This document shows positions 12,435-25,856 of a DNA stretch of 33,770 nt, one piece after another. The stretch lies in the NCBI GenBank assembly GCA_000697335.1, contig JNEM01009159.1, positions 1 through 33,770 of the forward strand, read 5' to 3'. The notes beneath the pieces were generated by a model. It was not told the DNA's origin. It worked only from the letters and a program-made list of their open reading frames with translations, and made no database searches. The DNA comes from Conidiobolus incongruus B7586 (Eukaryota). The stretch's first letter is position 1; every line of letters begins with the position of its first letter. The position numbers and the translations under genes were made by a program.

Positions 12435-14764
12435 TTTATCAACCATTTCAATTATCTTAATAAATTATATCAAGATTTTTATATTTAAAACATATCATAT
12501 ACTTGACTATTTTTAGTGATCTAATACACCTTTCGATAATGAACCTATATAAGTTTTTAATAATTGTTTACATAACTTAGAAATTTATACATTATGACAA
12601 GGTATACATTAAAACATTTTTTTTTGAAATATTTAGTAAAATTAGAATTTATTATCAAAATTTTTGACTACTGAAAATGCAATTTAACCTGTATTTACTG
12701 CCTTGATTAGTTTAAAAATTGGGTACCATATACCCAATATCAATTCAGTACTTTTAATCTAGAACCCATATGCTTAAATACTATTTGTAATTTGATGCAT
12801 TTACTAATAAAAATATGGCGTATATAATGTAATATTAATTATTAAAGTATTTTATTTTAAACAATAATAATTAATACTTTAATACTATTTAGAAAAAAAT
12901 ATATATATATTTAAAATCAAAAATTATTGATTTTAACTAGAATGTTAATAATATTTAATGATGTATTAAAGATTTTAAAATATTTATAAATATGATAATT
13001 TTTATATGATACTTGGGTATATTCGTAATTATTATCTTGGTGTTCAAAATTAAGTTTCATTTGACTTCGGACCTAAAATTGTTATAATTTAATATGGATT
13101 TTAATAATATTATAATAGTCAACAGCATAATTTATAGATCTTCAGTGATTTAATAGAAATATAATAATCAATTTAAGCATATATACACTTTCAACGATAT
13201 TCATCACTATATTTGAATATACATTTGTTCAACTGTTATATTTTTCAATTGAATTGAGAGTTACTATAATTTTATTAGTGATTATTGATCAACATGCAAA
13301 ATGCTATAATATATCATATATTGAAATTTTTAATAATATAAATTTATTTTAAAATCTTATTAATATAAATATAGAAATTATTAATTATATTTTAATAAAA
13401 TAAGCAAAATCTAATAAATATATCATTTTATATTGATAATATTAGAAATTATATATATTTTTTACCTATTATTGGTTTTATAAATATTAATCAATTGAAA
13501 AGTATTATTAATTTATAAATATTATAAATATTTAAATACTAGTGAATTCTAACTTATTTTCTATTTCTCATATTGGATAATAATCAATAATTAATAATAT
13601 TTATGATTTTATCTAATTAATAACACTATTCAATAAATATACAAATTAATAGTTTTTAATATTATTTTATATGATAAATAATTTAATTTATTTATAATTG
13701 AAAAATAAATAAGAGAAAATTATATTAAATCTTAAATATAAAAATAATTAATTATGAAACTAGAATGAAGTTATTAAGTGTTTTTTTCAATATTAATAGA
13801 TGAAAAAATTTATTTATAAAGGAGTATAACTATTTAAATATAATAAAGTTTTTTTTATAATTATTTGAAAAAATTAAACTAATTATAAGTAATTAAATGT
13901 AATAAATTTTTCTAAAAAAAATTAGGAAATTATAATTTGAAATTGGTTAATTTAATTTCAATTTATTAATAAAATAAGAATAAAAAACAATATTTTATTA
14001 TTTATATGATTTATTTATCAATTGACAGATTTTAGGTAATATTAAATTGTTGCTTTTGCTCTTTAACCCTACGCCTTAATGCATTAAAGATATGTAAATT
14101 CTGAATAATGAAAATAATTGCTCAGTTTAACCTATTTTATAATTTTTATTATTTAATTATTAAAATTGGTTATTAAAATATATTTAATCTAACAATATAT
14201 AATAGTTAATATTGTAAGAAAATAGCATTACAAATAATGAATTAAATAATTCATTAGACTTTATTGCAAGTTAATAAAGGAATATAAAAAATTAGATATT
14301 TCAATAGTGATAATTGTAAAGTTATGCACGTAACTTGATAAACAAATAGTATAGGATTTATTAATCAATTTTTCTGATTCTTTCAAAAATATTAGAATAA
14401 ATAGATATTATTTATAATCGGAAATTAATTCGTGACAAAAAAATAAAAATATGTAAATATGTATTTTATAGAATTAAAAATAATCGTGAACTAATTAAAT
14501 AAAAATTTTACAAATAATTATTTTCACTATTAATCTCCATCTAGCATCTCCTTCAATTCAGTATCTTAACAAAACACTTACTATTAATTTAATTAATCAA
14601 TATCAATTACAACTAAAAATTAAAATTAAAAATTTTCATTAAAATTTATGCTAACAATTAATAAAGATTTAACAAATTAATTCATAATTTAAATATTATA
14701 TTATTCATAATAAATATAAACTAATTAATACATTTTTCCACTAATACTAAAACCCAAACTTATT

Positions 14765-16059
14765 TTAAATTTTTAATTGATCGATCAATTGTACAATATT
14801 CTAAAATTCAATATTAATTTAATTAATAGAATATATCAAGCTAGGGGATTACCTTATTAGTCGTATTATTAATTAGCTTTAAATTATTAAGTTTGAGCTG
14901 GTGATTAAATGTTTTTAGGAATTGAATTTGGGAATCTAATTGTCTGCCTTGAGTTTCACTGTCTTGAATATGTTTCTAAAAATTGATTAGTTTTTGTGAA
15001 TTAATATTAGTGTAGTTAAATGGATAGTTACTTTAAGTTGGGTGATGAGTTCTGACGTCGTCGTTGAGTTTAATTCGTTGTTGAATTCATTATTGTTGTT
15101 GTCGCTACTAGTTGTGGCATTGGCATTGTTGGGTTCGTTATGTTCGGAGTTGAATACGTCTTTGCTCTTTGATTTTTTTACCTAATTAAATTCATTCATT
15201 ATTGAAATTATTATTATGATATTATTAGATTTACTTACAGATTTCTGCTTAAACTCTTTAGATCTAAAAAAAAACAAAAATTAATACAAAAAAAATATTA
15301 AAATTTATAAAAAGTTGAGTTACTTGATAGAATTAAGATTGTGAGTATGATTGACAGTTGGTATAATGGTCACTTTAGCACACACTTTTCTATATAAAAC
15401 TAAATAACAGTTACTGAAGTTAGAGATTGAATTCAAGTTTATAAATTACTAGTATTGTCATCGTTTAAAATATCGATACCAAGGTCCAAAATATCACCGG
15501 ATTTAAGTTCGAAAGCTTCACTCTCCTCTCCGTCCAAACTGAGTCGCGTGCCATTGACGTAAGTGCCATTACTACTCTTGATATCTTTTATCCAAACCTA
15601 AACAACTCAATTAATTCAAAATCAATATAATTATAAATGTTGAATACTTTGCCGTTTTCACTCCAAATCTCCGCATGATTCCTACTTAGGACTTTACTCT
15701 CGAAGAAACCGTTATTCGGCTCGGGTAAAGTTTTCATACTCACTTGTCTACCAATTTTTAATTTTTCAAATAATTCTATAGTTTTGGAATTTTTAAAACT
15801 GTCGAATAGCGGATCTAACACGAGAGTGGGTGGTAATTGATCTATTATTACGGGGTTGCCATTGTTATTGCCACTGCTAGTGCCTTTTATGACTTGGGGT
15901 TTGAAGTATTTAGTCTCTGGGATAGATTAGTAAATAATTTTAGATTGAATAAGAATTAGGTTTACTTTTTTGTTTAATTACTTTGATATCTTCAAGTTGA
16001 TTATTACTACTATTATTGTTATTACTATTATTAAATTTAGCAGTTTGAAAATCTGACAT
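14765..16059 (-). CDS. FHA-domain protein, Far9/Vps64/Far10/SLMAP-like, multi-exon
   Basis: Spliced minus-strand product MSDFQTAKFNN...KIGRQVSMKTLPEPNNGFFESKVLSRNHAEIWSENGK/VWIKDIKSSNGTYVNGTRLSLDGEESEAFELKSGDILDLGIDI. It has the FHA motifs GR, SRxHA and SxNGT. Short coiled-coil-like tail; the last exon (NIVQLIDQLKI*) is inferred. Confidence 0.85.
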
Positions 16060-16313
16060 ATTTTAAATAATTGATTATTGATTTTTTTAAAAGATTAAGG
16101 ATTGAAATTTGATAAAATTTACCTATATTCATTTAATCCCTTAATATTAATTCAGTTTATTTAATGTTATTGGGTGTTACTCAATTTGGTAAACTATCAC
16201 AATTCAACGTTAACCATAAAGTTTAACATTTATTAAATATATAAAACAATTTTGTAATATTATGTATAGTATAAAATTATTAAGTCTATGAATCTATTAT
16301 TAAAATCTAAATT

Positions 16314-17718
16314 TTATCTCCTTTTATAAATACCGGGTTTCAATTTAGGAGCTGGTAGTTTGGGGTTGACTTTTAATTTAGGATTCAGTTTGAAATCTAT
16401 TAATATAAACATTTTGTTACTTTCGTCCTAATAGTCGTCATTATCAATACCATGTATATTAATAATAATGTAAATATAGTACCTGTTTGACTAGTTCAAA
16501 CTCAAAATGTAGTTTCATAAATTGAATCAATTTTTCAATACTTTCGAATTGACTCTTAATTTCTGCTATTTCTAATTCGCCACTAGAAAAAATGATGGTT
16601 AGTAATAAGAAATGGAGTTTGTAAGCATGAATTACTTATGTCTCAAAATTCGCTTAGTCTCCTTCAAAAATTTGACATAGTTCACACCCATGAGAGAAAG
16701 ACTGAAAATCACATAGTCACATGTCTTATTCTTCAATGGCACTGATAGAATATCACAAGGAGTGATGAATTTGTTGCCCTTGACTAAGTCGAAAGAATTG
16801 ATCCTGACAAATTTGTAATCCTGCAAACTTTCAGCAATCTTGGCTTCCCCACATCCCATATCAGCTACGAAGATGGTTCTGTTGGGTTTGACGGATTTGA
16901 AGAAATTGATGAATACGTCATTAGAATTGAGTGGCCAGCTTTCAGTTTGCGAGTTGAAGCAAGTGTGGTAATCTTTAGATAGTTGGGGATTGCTCTGAAA
17001 TTGGGAGTATGCCTCCTCGCTGGGGGTTGTGTACAATAACTCGTTGAACTGGCGGAATTTTTACTCCAGCTAGTTGTTTTTGATTTTGAGCTGTAATAGA
17101 GCCAAGTTTTTGGCAGGGACAGTTTCTTTGATAATATTGGTTGATTCATCCTAATGGCCATTAAACAATTGCTTGATATGGTGGAAAATTTAATTACCCT
17201 TTGTTCTTTTAACTTTTTTTTCAATTTTACTTTATTATAAATAAAAAGATTATTATAATATTCAAAATATATAAATTATTTTCATTATCTTTGTAGTCTT
17301 TTTCTTATCTACTGGATTATTACTTTTAGGTTCTGATACTTTAGCACTTTCCTTATCTATATCAATTTTCCAATAATTATAAAATTGTAAAATGTCCAAT
17401 GAATAATTAAAAATATACCCTGATGTACCGATCCCGATTCGATATTTTCGTTAATAACATTATTTGTATTTGTCTCCTTAATTTCATTATCGATAACTTG
17501 TTTCGCTTTCTTATTATTCTTTTTCTTTTTGTCTTTAGTATTACTATCCACTTGAATTTCTCTCTTATTATTGGGTTTAGCTTGGTCTTTTGTTTCAGCA
17601 GTAGTAGTTTCAAGCGCAGTAGCGGTAATAGAACTTTGATTTTTTGGTTTGGGAGTTTTTTTCTAATTTCAGAAGGTAAATTCCAACCAGGTACTTGAAA
17701 TAAATTAGTTAATCTCAT
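16314..17718 (-). CDS. RRP8: 25S rRNA (adenine-N1) methyltransferase Rrp8, multi-exon, frameshifted as assembled
   Basis: N-terminal LFQVPGW, KFRQFNELLYTTPSEEA, SWPLNSND, SAM motif VADMGCGEAKIA, FSLSLMGVNY, and C-terminal LKPGIYKRR* (stop 16314-16316). The frame is broken at A-runs 17656-17662, 17077-17081 and 17058-17062. Confidence 0.9.
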
Positions 17719-20380
17719 TATTATTTTGAAATTTGTTTTGTTAATTGATTAATTTAGTGAAATTCAAAAATTTATATAAAATAATTTGATAGAAATTGAT
17801 ATGGAATTATTGGGTGTTTTATTTATAATTCAGAATACAAAATATAATCAATAAAATTATATTATTTATTAGAGATAGGCATAAGTTTTGAATCTACTTG
17901 AGTATGTTTGAAAATTCATTTTAAAAAAATCTACGGAATTAATAATGCTGTTCAGTTTGATACCTGGAATTTTCAATTACATTGTCTTTCTTTAAACCTT
18001 CGTTAATAGAAATATTAAAAAACATTGATCATTTAAATTATATATGTTTAATATCACATTAATGGTTACCCTAAAATATATTATGTAACAATTACATTTT
18101 CATCAAATATTCACTGCATTATTAATTCACAAAATTATTAAATTGTATTTATAGGATATTTGTCATTGATTATAAAAACTTGAAAATTTTCTATTTATTA
18201 AACAGTTAGTATATAAATATTGGGAAAAAGTATGATTAACTGAATTATATATTCAACAATTATCATGTGAATAGAGTAATGATGAGCGAATATTTAAGAA
18301 AGACGATTACCTGTTTTAATAAACCACATGTATTGAAAACTTATGTTTATCTCTAATATTATGACATTAAAATTAGATAATTTTGATCAAGGTTGATAAT
18401 GATATTTTTCATTAATGTATAATTGAATAATTTAACTGATATTATTAAATATTTATTACTAGAACAACAAATAAGAGTTTAAAATATCATATAACTGTGT
18501 ACATGAGCTAACTTAAATAATAAAATATATTCTTAATTTTGTGATAATAAATATAAATGGTTTTACATATTTTACAATGTTTTAATATAAATTAACTTTT
18601 AATTCCGAATTATGACCCTATTTGAGCATATGTTGGAATTTAAATTGGTAAAATATTTTATAATAAAAGATTTTGGAAAAAGATATACTGAAAATATGGC
18701 TTAATTATATACTATTAAATAAATGTAGATTCAATGGTTGATTTAAGTTGAAAACTTAATTTTTTCCAATATGTAGATTATGATACTTGCGAATTGTATA
18801 GAATACATATAAAAGTAATCAATATTAATATTAGCATTTTGTAATATTAAATCTCAAAAATTAATGATAAATAAACATGCAACTTTGAATTAGTGTTATT
18901 AGTTAGATTACAATACTATTAAAGTTATTAGTTAAAAACAAATCATTATACCTTGCATTTATATCTATCTTGGCATTACGGTTATCTGAAGCAATTAATT
19001 TTTAAAATATTTTAATTAGAGCAAAATTAATTTAATTCAATTGTTTTCTTATAATGCTAAAATGCTTAAATAATAAAATAATTGTGTATATCACTATGTA
19101 AATAACTAAAAATATTACCAACAAGTAGAGTTATTTGTCTTATTCTATGAATAATAGATTTATATTAAATAATCAGAAAAATTATATCAGAAATTTACTA
19201 ATTACTATGTTCCAGATTTAGTAATATATTCAAAAAATTGATTAACTAAAATATTTAATTTTTTCAATATCGAGCTCAAACCCTCATAAAATAATCAATA
19301 CACAGATTATTTTTAAAAATTTTTTGTATATGATGAAAAAAAGTATTAAGTTAATTTTATATTGGTCGCAGTGCTTGAATTAATCTTTTTACCGCATATA
19401 TCATGGTTTAAGCACAATAAATCTATTCAACATTGGATTGTTAATTCTAGAGTTCACAGATTATATAAACAGTTTAATGTGTGCTTCCACGAAATTTGTA
19501 TTAGTAAAACCTCGCATCTTGAATGAAGTAATGAAACATATAAGTTGTGACCCAATTAATGTGATGCAGTACAGCTGTCAGATGGTACTTCACCAAGGAA
19601 ATTTGTTGTTAATTCCACCAAAAAGGCCATAGTGGTTAATTCTAGTTGTTGAGATTAATCTTAGCTATTTTATCATCTAATTTTCTAATGGATATTACCA
19701 ATTTAATGTATTATTCACATTAATTATCAAATTTTAATTAAGCTAATTCATTCTAGCCAACTTTTCATTAATCATCAAATTCAATTTCAATTTTTAAAAT
19801 AACGACTAATTGACCAATTAAAATAGAGTAAATTAATCCCCTCAAAGTTAATCGAAAAAATTTTAAATTTATCACAAAAATAAACTAAAAAAAGCTTAAC
19901 ATCATGAAAATTTCTTTAGTATAGAAAAAATTAAAAAGAAAGAGCCTAATTGTTAAAATATTATAGTTTAATTTATTTTTTTATTAGATTTAAATTTTTG
20001 AAGATGTTAATTAAAATTATAATATAAATATTGTAATGAATTGAAAATTTTGATTAATTTATATTTGTGATAATTCAGTTGTTTGAATATTTTAGTTGAA
20101 ATAAAATTGAGTGAATAATGGTAAATAAATGTTGATTACTTGATAAATGCTCATTTAATGAATGCTTTAAGATAAAAATAATTTGCAAGAGTATTTGGTC
20201 AATATACATTTCATACATCGTCCATTTATATAATTTTCTTCACTAGACTAATAATTACAAACCAGTAAATATAATGGTGAATCTATTTTTAAATAATGAT
20301 TTAATAATTGTCGAATTCTTGAATATTACTCATCAAATAACAGGTACTCAAAATGCTAAAGTGAATTCTTAATTTTAAAG

Positions 20381-21070
20381 TTGACCAATTAAAAACCACC
20401 AATTAAATTAATTTAATCAAAATATTGATGACCAATTTTAATTGGATGATTAATATAATTAGAACCTTTAATTGGATATTTTGGATAATGAGAAAAGCCG
20501 ATTTAATTATAATAAAAATTAAAAACAAGTTTAGTGGATTGCTTTATATACTAGATAAATGACTTTTGAATTAGAATATTAACTTTGATTAAAAGTCGTT
20601 TAATTGAATATTATTGTTTTCAAATTTAAGTTTAGAATATCCCTTAAACAATTGTTTCAACCAATCAAATCATCAATCATTTGATAGTTAGTGCTTTTTA
20701 TTTATCTCAAATAGGAAGATTCAATTCAACTAGAAACAAATATAAAAAATGTATGGATATGTCATAGAAATTGAGCCAATCAGAAAGAACATGGATAATA
20801 TAATTGATTAAGAAAAAGAGGCTGATTAATACAATTAGTAAAAACCTCTAATTATCACTGAGAATTTGAAAGTTTTCATAAAATGATTAAATTTGATATT
20901 TGAGACATCTTTTGAAGTTTAAAATTTCTCAAATGGCTGATAGTTCATAAGAGATCAACGCATCTCACACTCGACCAATGGTGTTCCAGATTTAGGATTG
21001 ACGTGTCATCTTATTGGATTAAATGTGAGTCATTTCAAAATCATTCAAACTATTCTCTAACAATATAAAT
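20381..21070 (+). promoter_or_regulatory. CCAAT-box cluster with CRE-like site and TATA upstream of the PUF gene
   Basis: Eight CCAAT/ATTGG sites (about 20385, 20399, 20432, 20441, 20471, 20661, 20776, 20976) plus one at 21013. TGACGTG at 20999 and TATAAAT at 21064. Confidence 0.45.
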
Positions 21071-21180
21071 ACATCTTTATAACCTTAAATTGCTTCTTGG
21101 TCATATTTGTAACTAGTGTTTTTTCTAAATAATATCTTTTTTATCCAAAATTTGACAACCTCTTCCTGCCCTTCAATCAA

Positions 21181-21206
21181 TTAATTAGTTAATTAGTTAA
21201 TTAGTT
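21181..21206 (+). repeat. Short tandem repeat (TTAATTAG)x3
   Basis: ttaattagttaattagttaattagtt read directly. Confidence 0.8.
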
Positions 21207-21736
21207 TATAAAATTAAACTATAATTATTACATTGCATTCCATCATTATCCAGTGTTCATTTAACATTTTACACTCAAATTAAATAATCTTAGAATATCT
21301 CATATAAAATCATCGTATTGTTCAATATTAACTGAACTAACCATCAGAAACATTTAAGCTCTAATTCCAACGAGTAAGGCGTCTAATTAATATTACTCTT
21401 TCAACATTATCGCTCCTGAAAACTTTGTTTCACAACCATTAACAACTTCCCATCTAAAAATACGCAAACTTAATTATTCTTCTACAATACTTAATAACCC
21501 CATTCAATTGCATCAATTAATATCTTTTACCTGAATTTGATTTTTTCTCACCCAAAAAGAATTTCATTCTCATTCTTCACATTATAAAATAACCATCACG
21601 TCCCTTTTCTTTTATTCTTCATTTATCATCTTGTAAATTATATTTCCTCTTAATTAATTCTTCTTTACTCTCTCCTTAACATTCAAAATACTTCTTATTT
21701 AATCCCCTTTTCTCTAAATATATAATATCTGTTATC

Positions 21737-24700
21737 ATGCTATCGCCTTTTTCAACTACAATCTCTAAACCGATTTTATCTCGATCTACTCAAGAATCTA
21801 ACTCTGATAACACCTCTAATCAACGCCAAGTTTCTCCGACTAGTCGTTCTTCAACTTCTACTACCTCGGCATATAGAAGGGCAAGGGCAGAAACACTTCC
21901 TTCTTCTTTTTTAGAGCCAAAACTACAAGAACCCACCCTTTCATTAGGAGGCTATACTACAGGTACTTCTACTGAGTGTAGTTCATTATCTGAATCACCT
22001 TTTCGCTCAAGAATGGGATCATTTGCTCCTTCTGAGAACTGGCCTGATAAGCCACCTTCTTTTTTATTAACCACACAACCAACTCATTCTGACAGACTTG
22101 CGGCAGATCTCAAACCTCAACCTAGTCCAACTACAATGATCAATCATTATCAGCTTGAAGGTAATCGCACTTTAGATTGGTTAGGCTTGAATGAAAATGA
22201 TTCCTCAACTGACAGTTCATCCGTATCTGATCGGATTCTTGAAGACATTAAAAACTTGCCTTCAAAGAGAACTGGACCTGCTTCTCGTGCACCATTTTCA
22301 CAGACAACAGCAATTGAATCATTGATATCGACGGAGGCAATTGGAAGACCTAGATCATCTACTATGCCCTCTCGTCCTAATTTACCTAATTTGATCCCAT
22401 CATCAATTAAAGCGAGCCCATCTCAAGCCAATAAGCTACCCATGCACACCGAATTCAACCTTACCTCACTCTCACTTCCTTCAACTGCTGAAGAATCTGA
22501 GCCATCTGAGGCGACAATGTTTTTGGATTCATCTTCTTCATCTTGTGAAGCTTTATTACTCTCTTCAACCCTTGTTATAGGATCTTTACCAAAGAGTTTG
22601 AGCTTCAAAAATCTCGTCAGCATTCTCTCAGAGTACGGTGAGCCAACTTTGGTTCAATGTGACCGTGTACACGGACTTGGCTGGGTAACATTTGAAGATC
22701 GCCAATCGGCACTCAAGTTCCAGAGCGAAGCGGACAAAAAGCCAATCTTTGGAGCGGATGTCGAAGTTCCAACAATTTCATTCTGTCCTGACAATTCTGT
22801 TGGAATTCATCCATATCGATCCGATCCAGTTTCAGGTAATTCACTCATTCATTCTCATCTATTTTTAAGAATTCTTCCCAATTCGTTTTTATTGGTTCTC
22901 CTAATTTAACATATTATTACTTAATTAAATATATGTGATTACGCCTTAATTGTGTCACATATAGCTTAGAGTTCCCTGATATCATTATTATAATATGTTG
23001 TATTAGTTATTTTAAGCATATTTAATCATTCACCCTCTAATGTTTAATCTACAAAATGAATAATTTTGTTTTTCTATTTCTCCGACCTTCCTACATTGAA
23101 TTATTAAATTTAATTAATTAATACTCAATAACTAACTCAATTCGATGTTTTAATAGGTACATCTAATCCTGAGGACTTTAATGCTTTATTCGGTTTTCAA
23201 CATACTATGGGTAAAGATCCATCAAGGTAAATATTCTGTTTTATACTTGTATACACTTTAATTAACCATTAATTTTTAGTACTATTCCTGCACATCAAAT
23301 GGATATTTACAATAGTGTAAGTTTGATATTCACTCATTTAGCTTGTCTTTACTTAAATTGTTTTAGGTTGTTCAAGACTTCCAATCACAATTACCTGAGT
23401 TGGAAGCTACAGTTGATCAAGTTTCAAGGTATATACCACCAGGTCATTTTGAATGCATCGAATACGAATATGCAATCACGCTTCCACCTATTCCCAATCC
23501 CAATCTTCGTAAAAAGATTGATGCTGTTCGTTTGAGAGAATTGCGAAAGCTTTTGGAAACCGAAATGAATCCTGAGAACTTCCTACTTGTTTTCGAGGAA
23601 ACTAAAGAATGTTGGGTAGATTTATGCTCTGATTATATTGGTAATATTATTATTCAAAAACTAGTTGAACATGGTGATACCCAACAAAAAACGATTTTAA
23701 TTCAATCCGTTGCCCCTCATATGGCAGCTATTGGTGTACATAAGAATGGAACATGGGCAATTCAGAAAATGATTGAATGTTCTACTACCAACGAGCAGAT
23801 GGAGGCTATTTCCAGTTCATTGAAGCCATTTACACCTATTCTGTTATTGGATCAATTTGGAAATTATGTCGTTCAATGTTGTTTACAATTCTCTTACCCA
23901 TATAATCAATTCATTTTTGATGCTATTTACTCTCGTTGCTCAGAAATTGGTCAAGGTCGATATGGTGCTCGTGCTATTCGTACCTGCTTAGATAGTCAAT
24001 ATACCAATCCTGCTCAAAAGGAGCAAGTCGCAACTGCTTTGATGCATAGCGCTGTCCCTCTTTCTACCAACGGAAATGGTTCTCTTCTTCTCAACTGGCT
24101 CCTTGATTCTCATGACATGGAGCGTTATATGGGTATTGCAGTTAAGATTAATGCCACTAATCAACTTAGCACTTTATGTACTCACAAACTTGCATCTGCT
24201 CTCGTAATTCGTTTGATTAATCAAGAGCACGATATCCAAACTCGCGAATATTTGATTTATCAGCTATTCTTTTCTTCAGATAATGGCCCTGATAGGCTCT
24301 TGGATGTTTTATCAACGCCATCCCATGCCAACTACACCCAAGCTACACAATTTTTACAAAAAGTTCTCACTTCTCCCTATCTCTCTGAAGATTTGAAAAT
24401 CGCTATTCAGGTTGCTGTTCAACTCCACACACCCTCTGTTGCTGCAACTGCTTCTATTCTTAACCCTACTTCTGATGGTCGTAAAATGGCTCCTGGTACA
24501 GGTCATCGTCGCCCACGTTCCATGGAATTTTTAAGCTCACATTCTGGAAATGTGACTGGTACTCTTTTGGGAACTATGGAGCAGCCTCATTCCGAGATAC
24601 CCACCCATCGATTAAGTATGAGTATTGGATCTTCTGGAGCTGTGTCTGGTTTAGGTCCATCTATCACGGGGATGGGTCGAACGAATCCAGTCAAAGGATT

Positions 24701-24962
24701 TCCAGGTGCTGAAACTAGTGAATGGTCCAAAAATCTGAACTTATCAAGTGTTCCTACCACTTCATGGTCAATTCCCTCAATTACTACTTCCATGGCACCC
24801 TCAATCACCTCAACGTCAGGCCCCTCAGAAAATTTCAGGCCCATTACGAGGCGACACATGAGTCAGGGGGCCAGTACACTTGCATCATACTCCAAGGTAA
24901 CCTCCTCGGGATTCAGCTCCGCCACTGCACCCACCCAATCTACGACCACACTTATCGAATAA
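21737..24962 (+). CDS. JSN1: JSN1/PUF2-family RNA-binding protein (RRM + Pumilio repeats), 4 exons
   Basis: Exons 21737-22835, 23157-23226, 23280-23316 and 23367-24962 splice in frame. Ser-rich N-terminus (RRARAETLPS), RRM-like segment (LVIGSLP...GWVTFED), and Puf repeats DYIGNIIIQKL, HKNGTWAIQKM, DQFGNYVVQCCL, GRYGARAIRTCL, typical of the Puf1/Puf2 clade. Confidence 0.9.
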
Positions 24963-25856
24963 TCTCAACTAGCTCATTTCATATATAGACATTATTTTAT
25001 CACTTTTGCATTTACCCATAATTAGTTAATTGTACTTCTATTCTTCAGCTAATTAATCCCACCCTGCAACCTATCTATTTCACAACCGTCTTTCCCGTCG
25101 AGTTGGATATTTCTTTAGGTCATATATGTTGACTGAAATTTGTACTAATATACTACAATAAAAATCATTTTATTTTTTTTCTCAAATTTCACATAATCGC
25201 AATATTCAAGAATCTTATGTTAGCCATTGTGACAATATCAATTAACTTGGAATTTTGAAAGCTTCGTGAATATTGATAACTTGATGTAATGGTGTGTATG
25301 TAATCGGCTCTATCAGTCGTTGAAACTTGTGACAATTTTGGTTAAATATAAAGTTTATTGAATCTATCTTATTAATCACACTGTATATTTAGCTTAATTC
25401 TTATTCTATATATATAATGCAATATTAATTATATCATAAATCTAATTTATTATCTTTAGTATTAATACCATAATAATCAATATTAATAAATTTTTTTAAT
25501 CATCCGAATTTTTTACAACATAATGGAATTTATAATTCTGGTGCCGAATTGATTAAATTATTTGATTTAACCATTTTGATTCCATTAAACAAATATATTT
25601 GCCAAAGTTTATAATTTTAATTTGATAGGTATTCAATGTATAAAAGTTGTAGAGTTCATATTAGAGTTAATTTATAGAATTTTAATTTAATAGTATTTTT
25701 ATATAACGTTTAGTTTGATTTACCTATATTGATTTTTTTTTCTTTTGTCACGATACCAACTAAAAATTAATAAAATGCCAATTCAATATAAAAATTTCCA
25801 CTTGCGCCCTATTTACCAACCCATAAATCAACTATAATCCCAATGAATATAATAAG

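Noticed and set aside
17058..17081. Stop-codon reassignment (TAA/TAG read as sense) to explain in-frame stops in RRP8 and the transposases
   Set aside because: Intact genes here end in TAA. The RRP8 motif is restored by a frame change, and the transposase stops fall at both Trp and Gln positions.
17663..17694. A 32-nt GT-AG intron that would restore the RRP8 frame
   Set aside because: It is shorter than other introns here and would delete the conserved VPGW motif.
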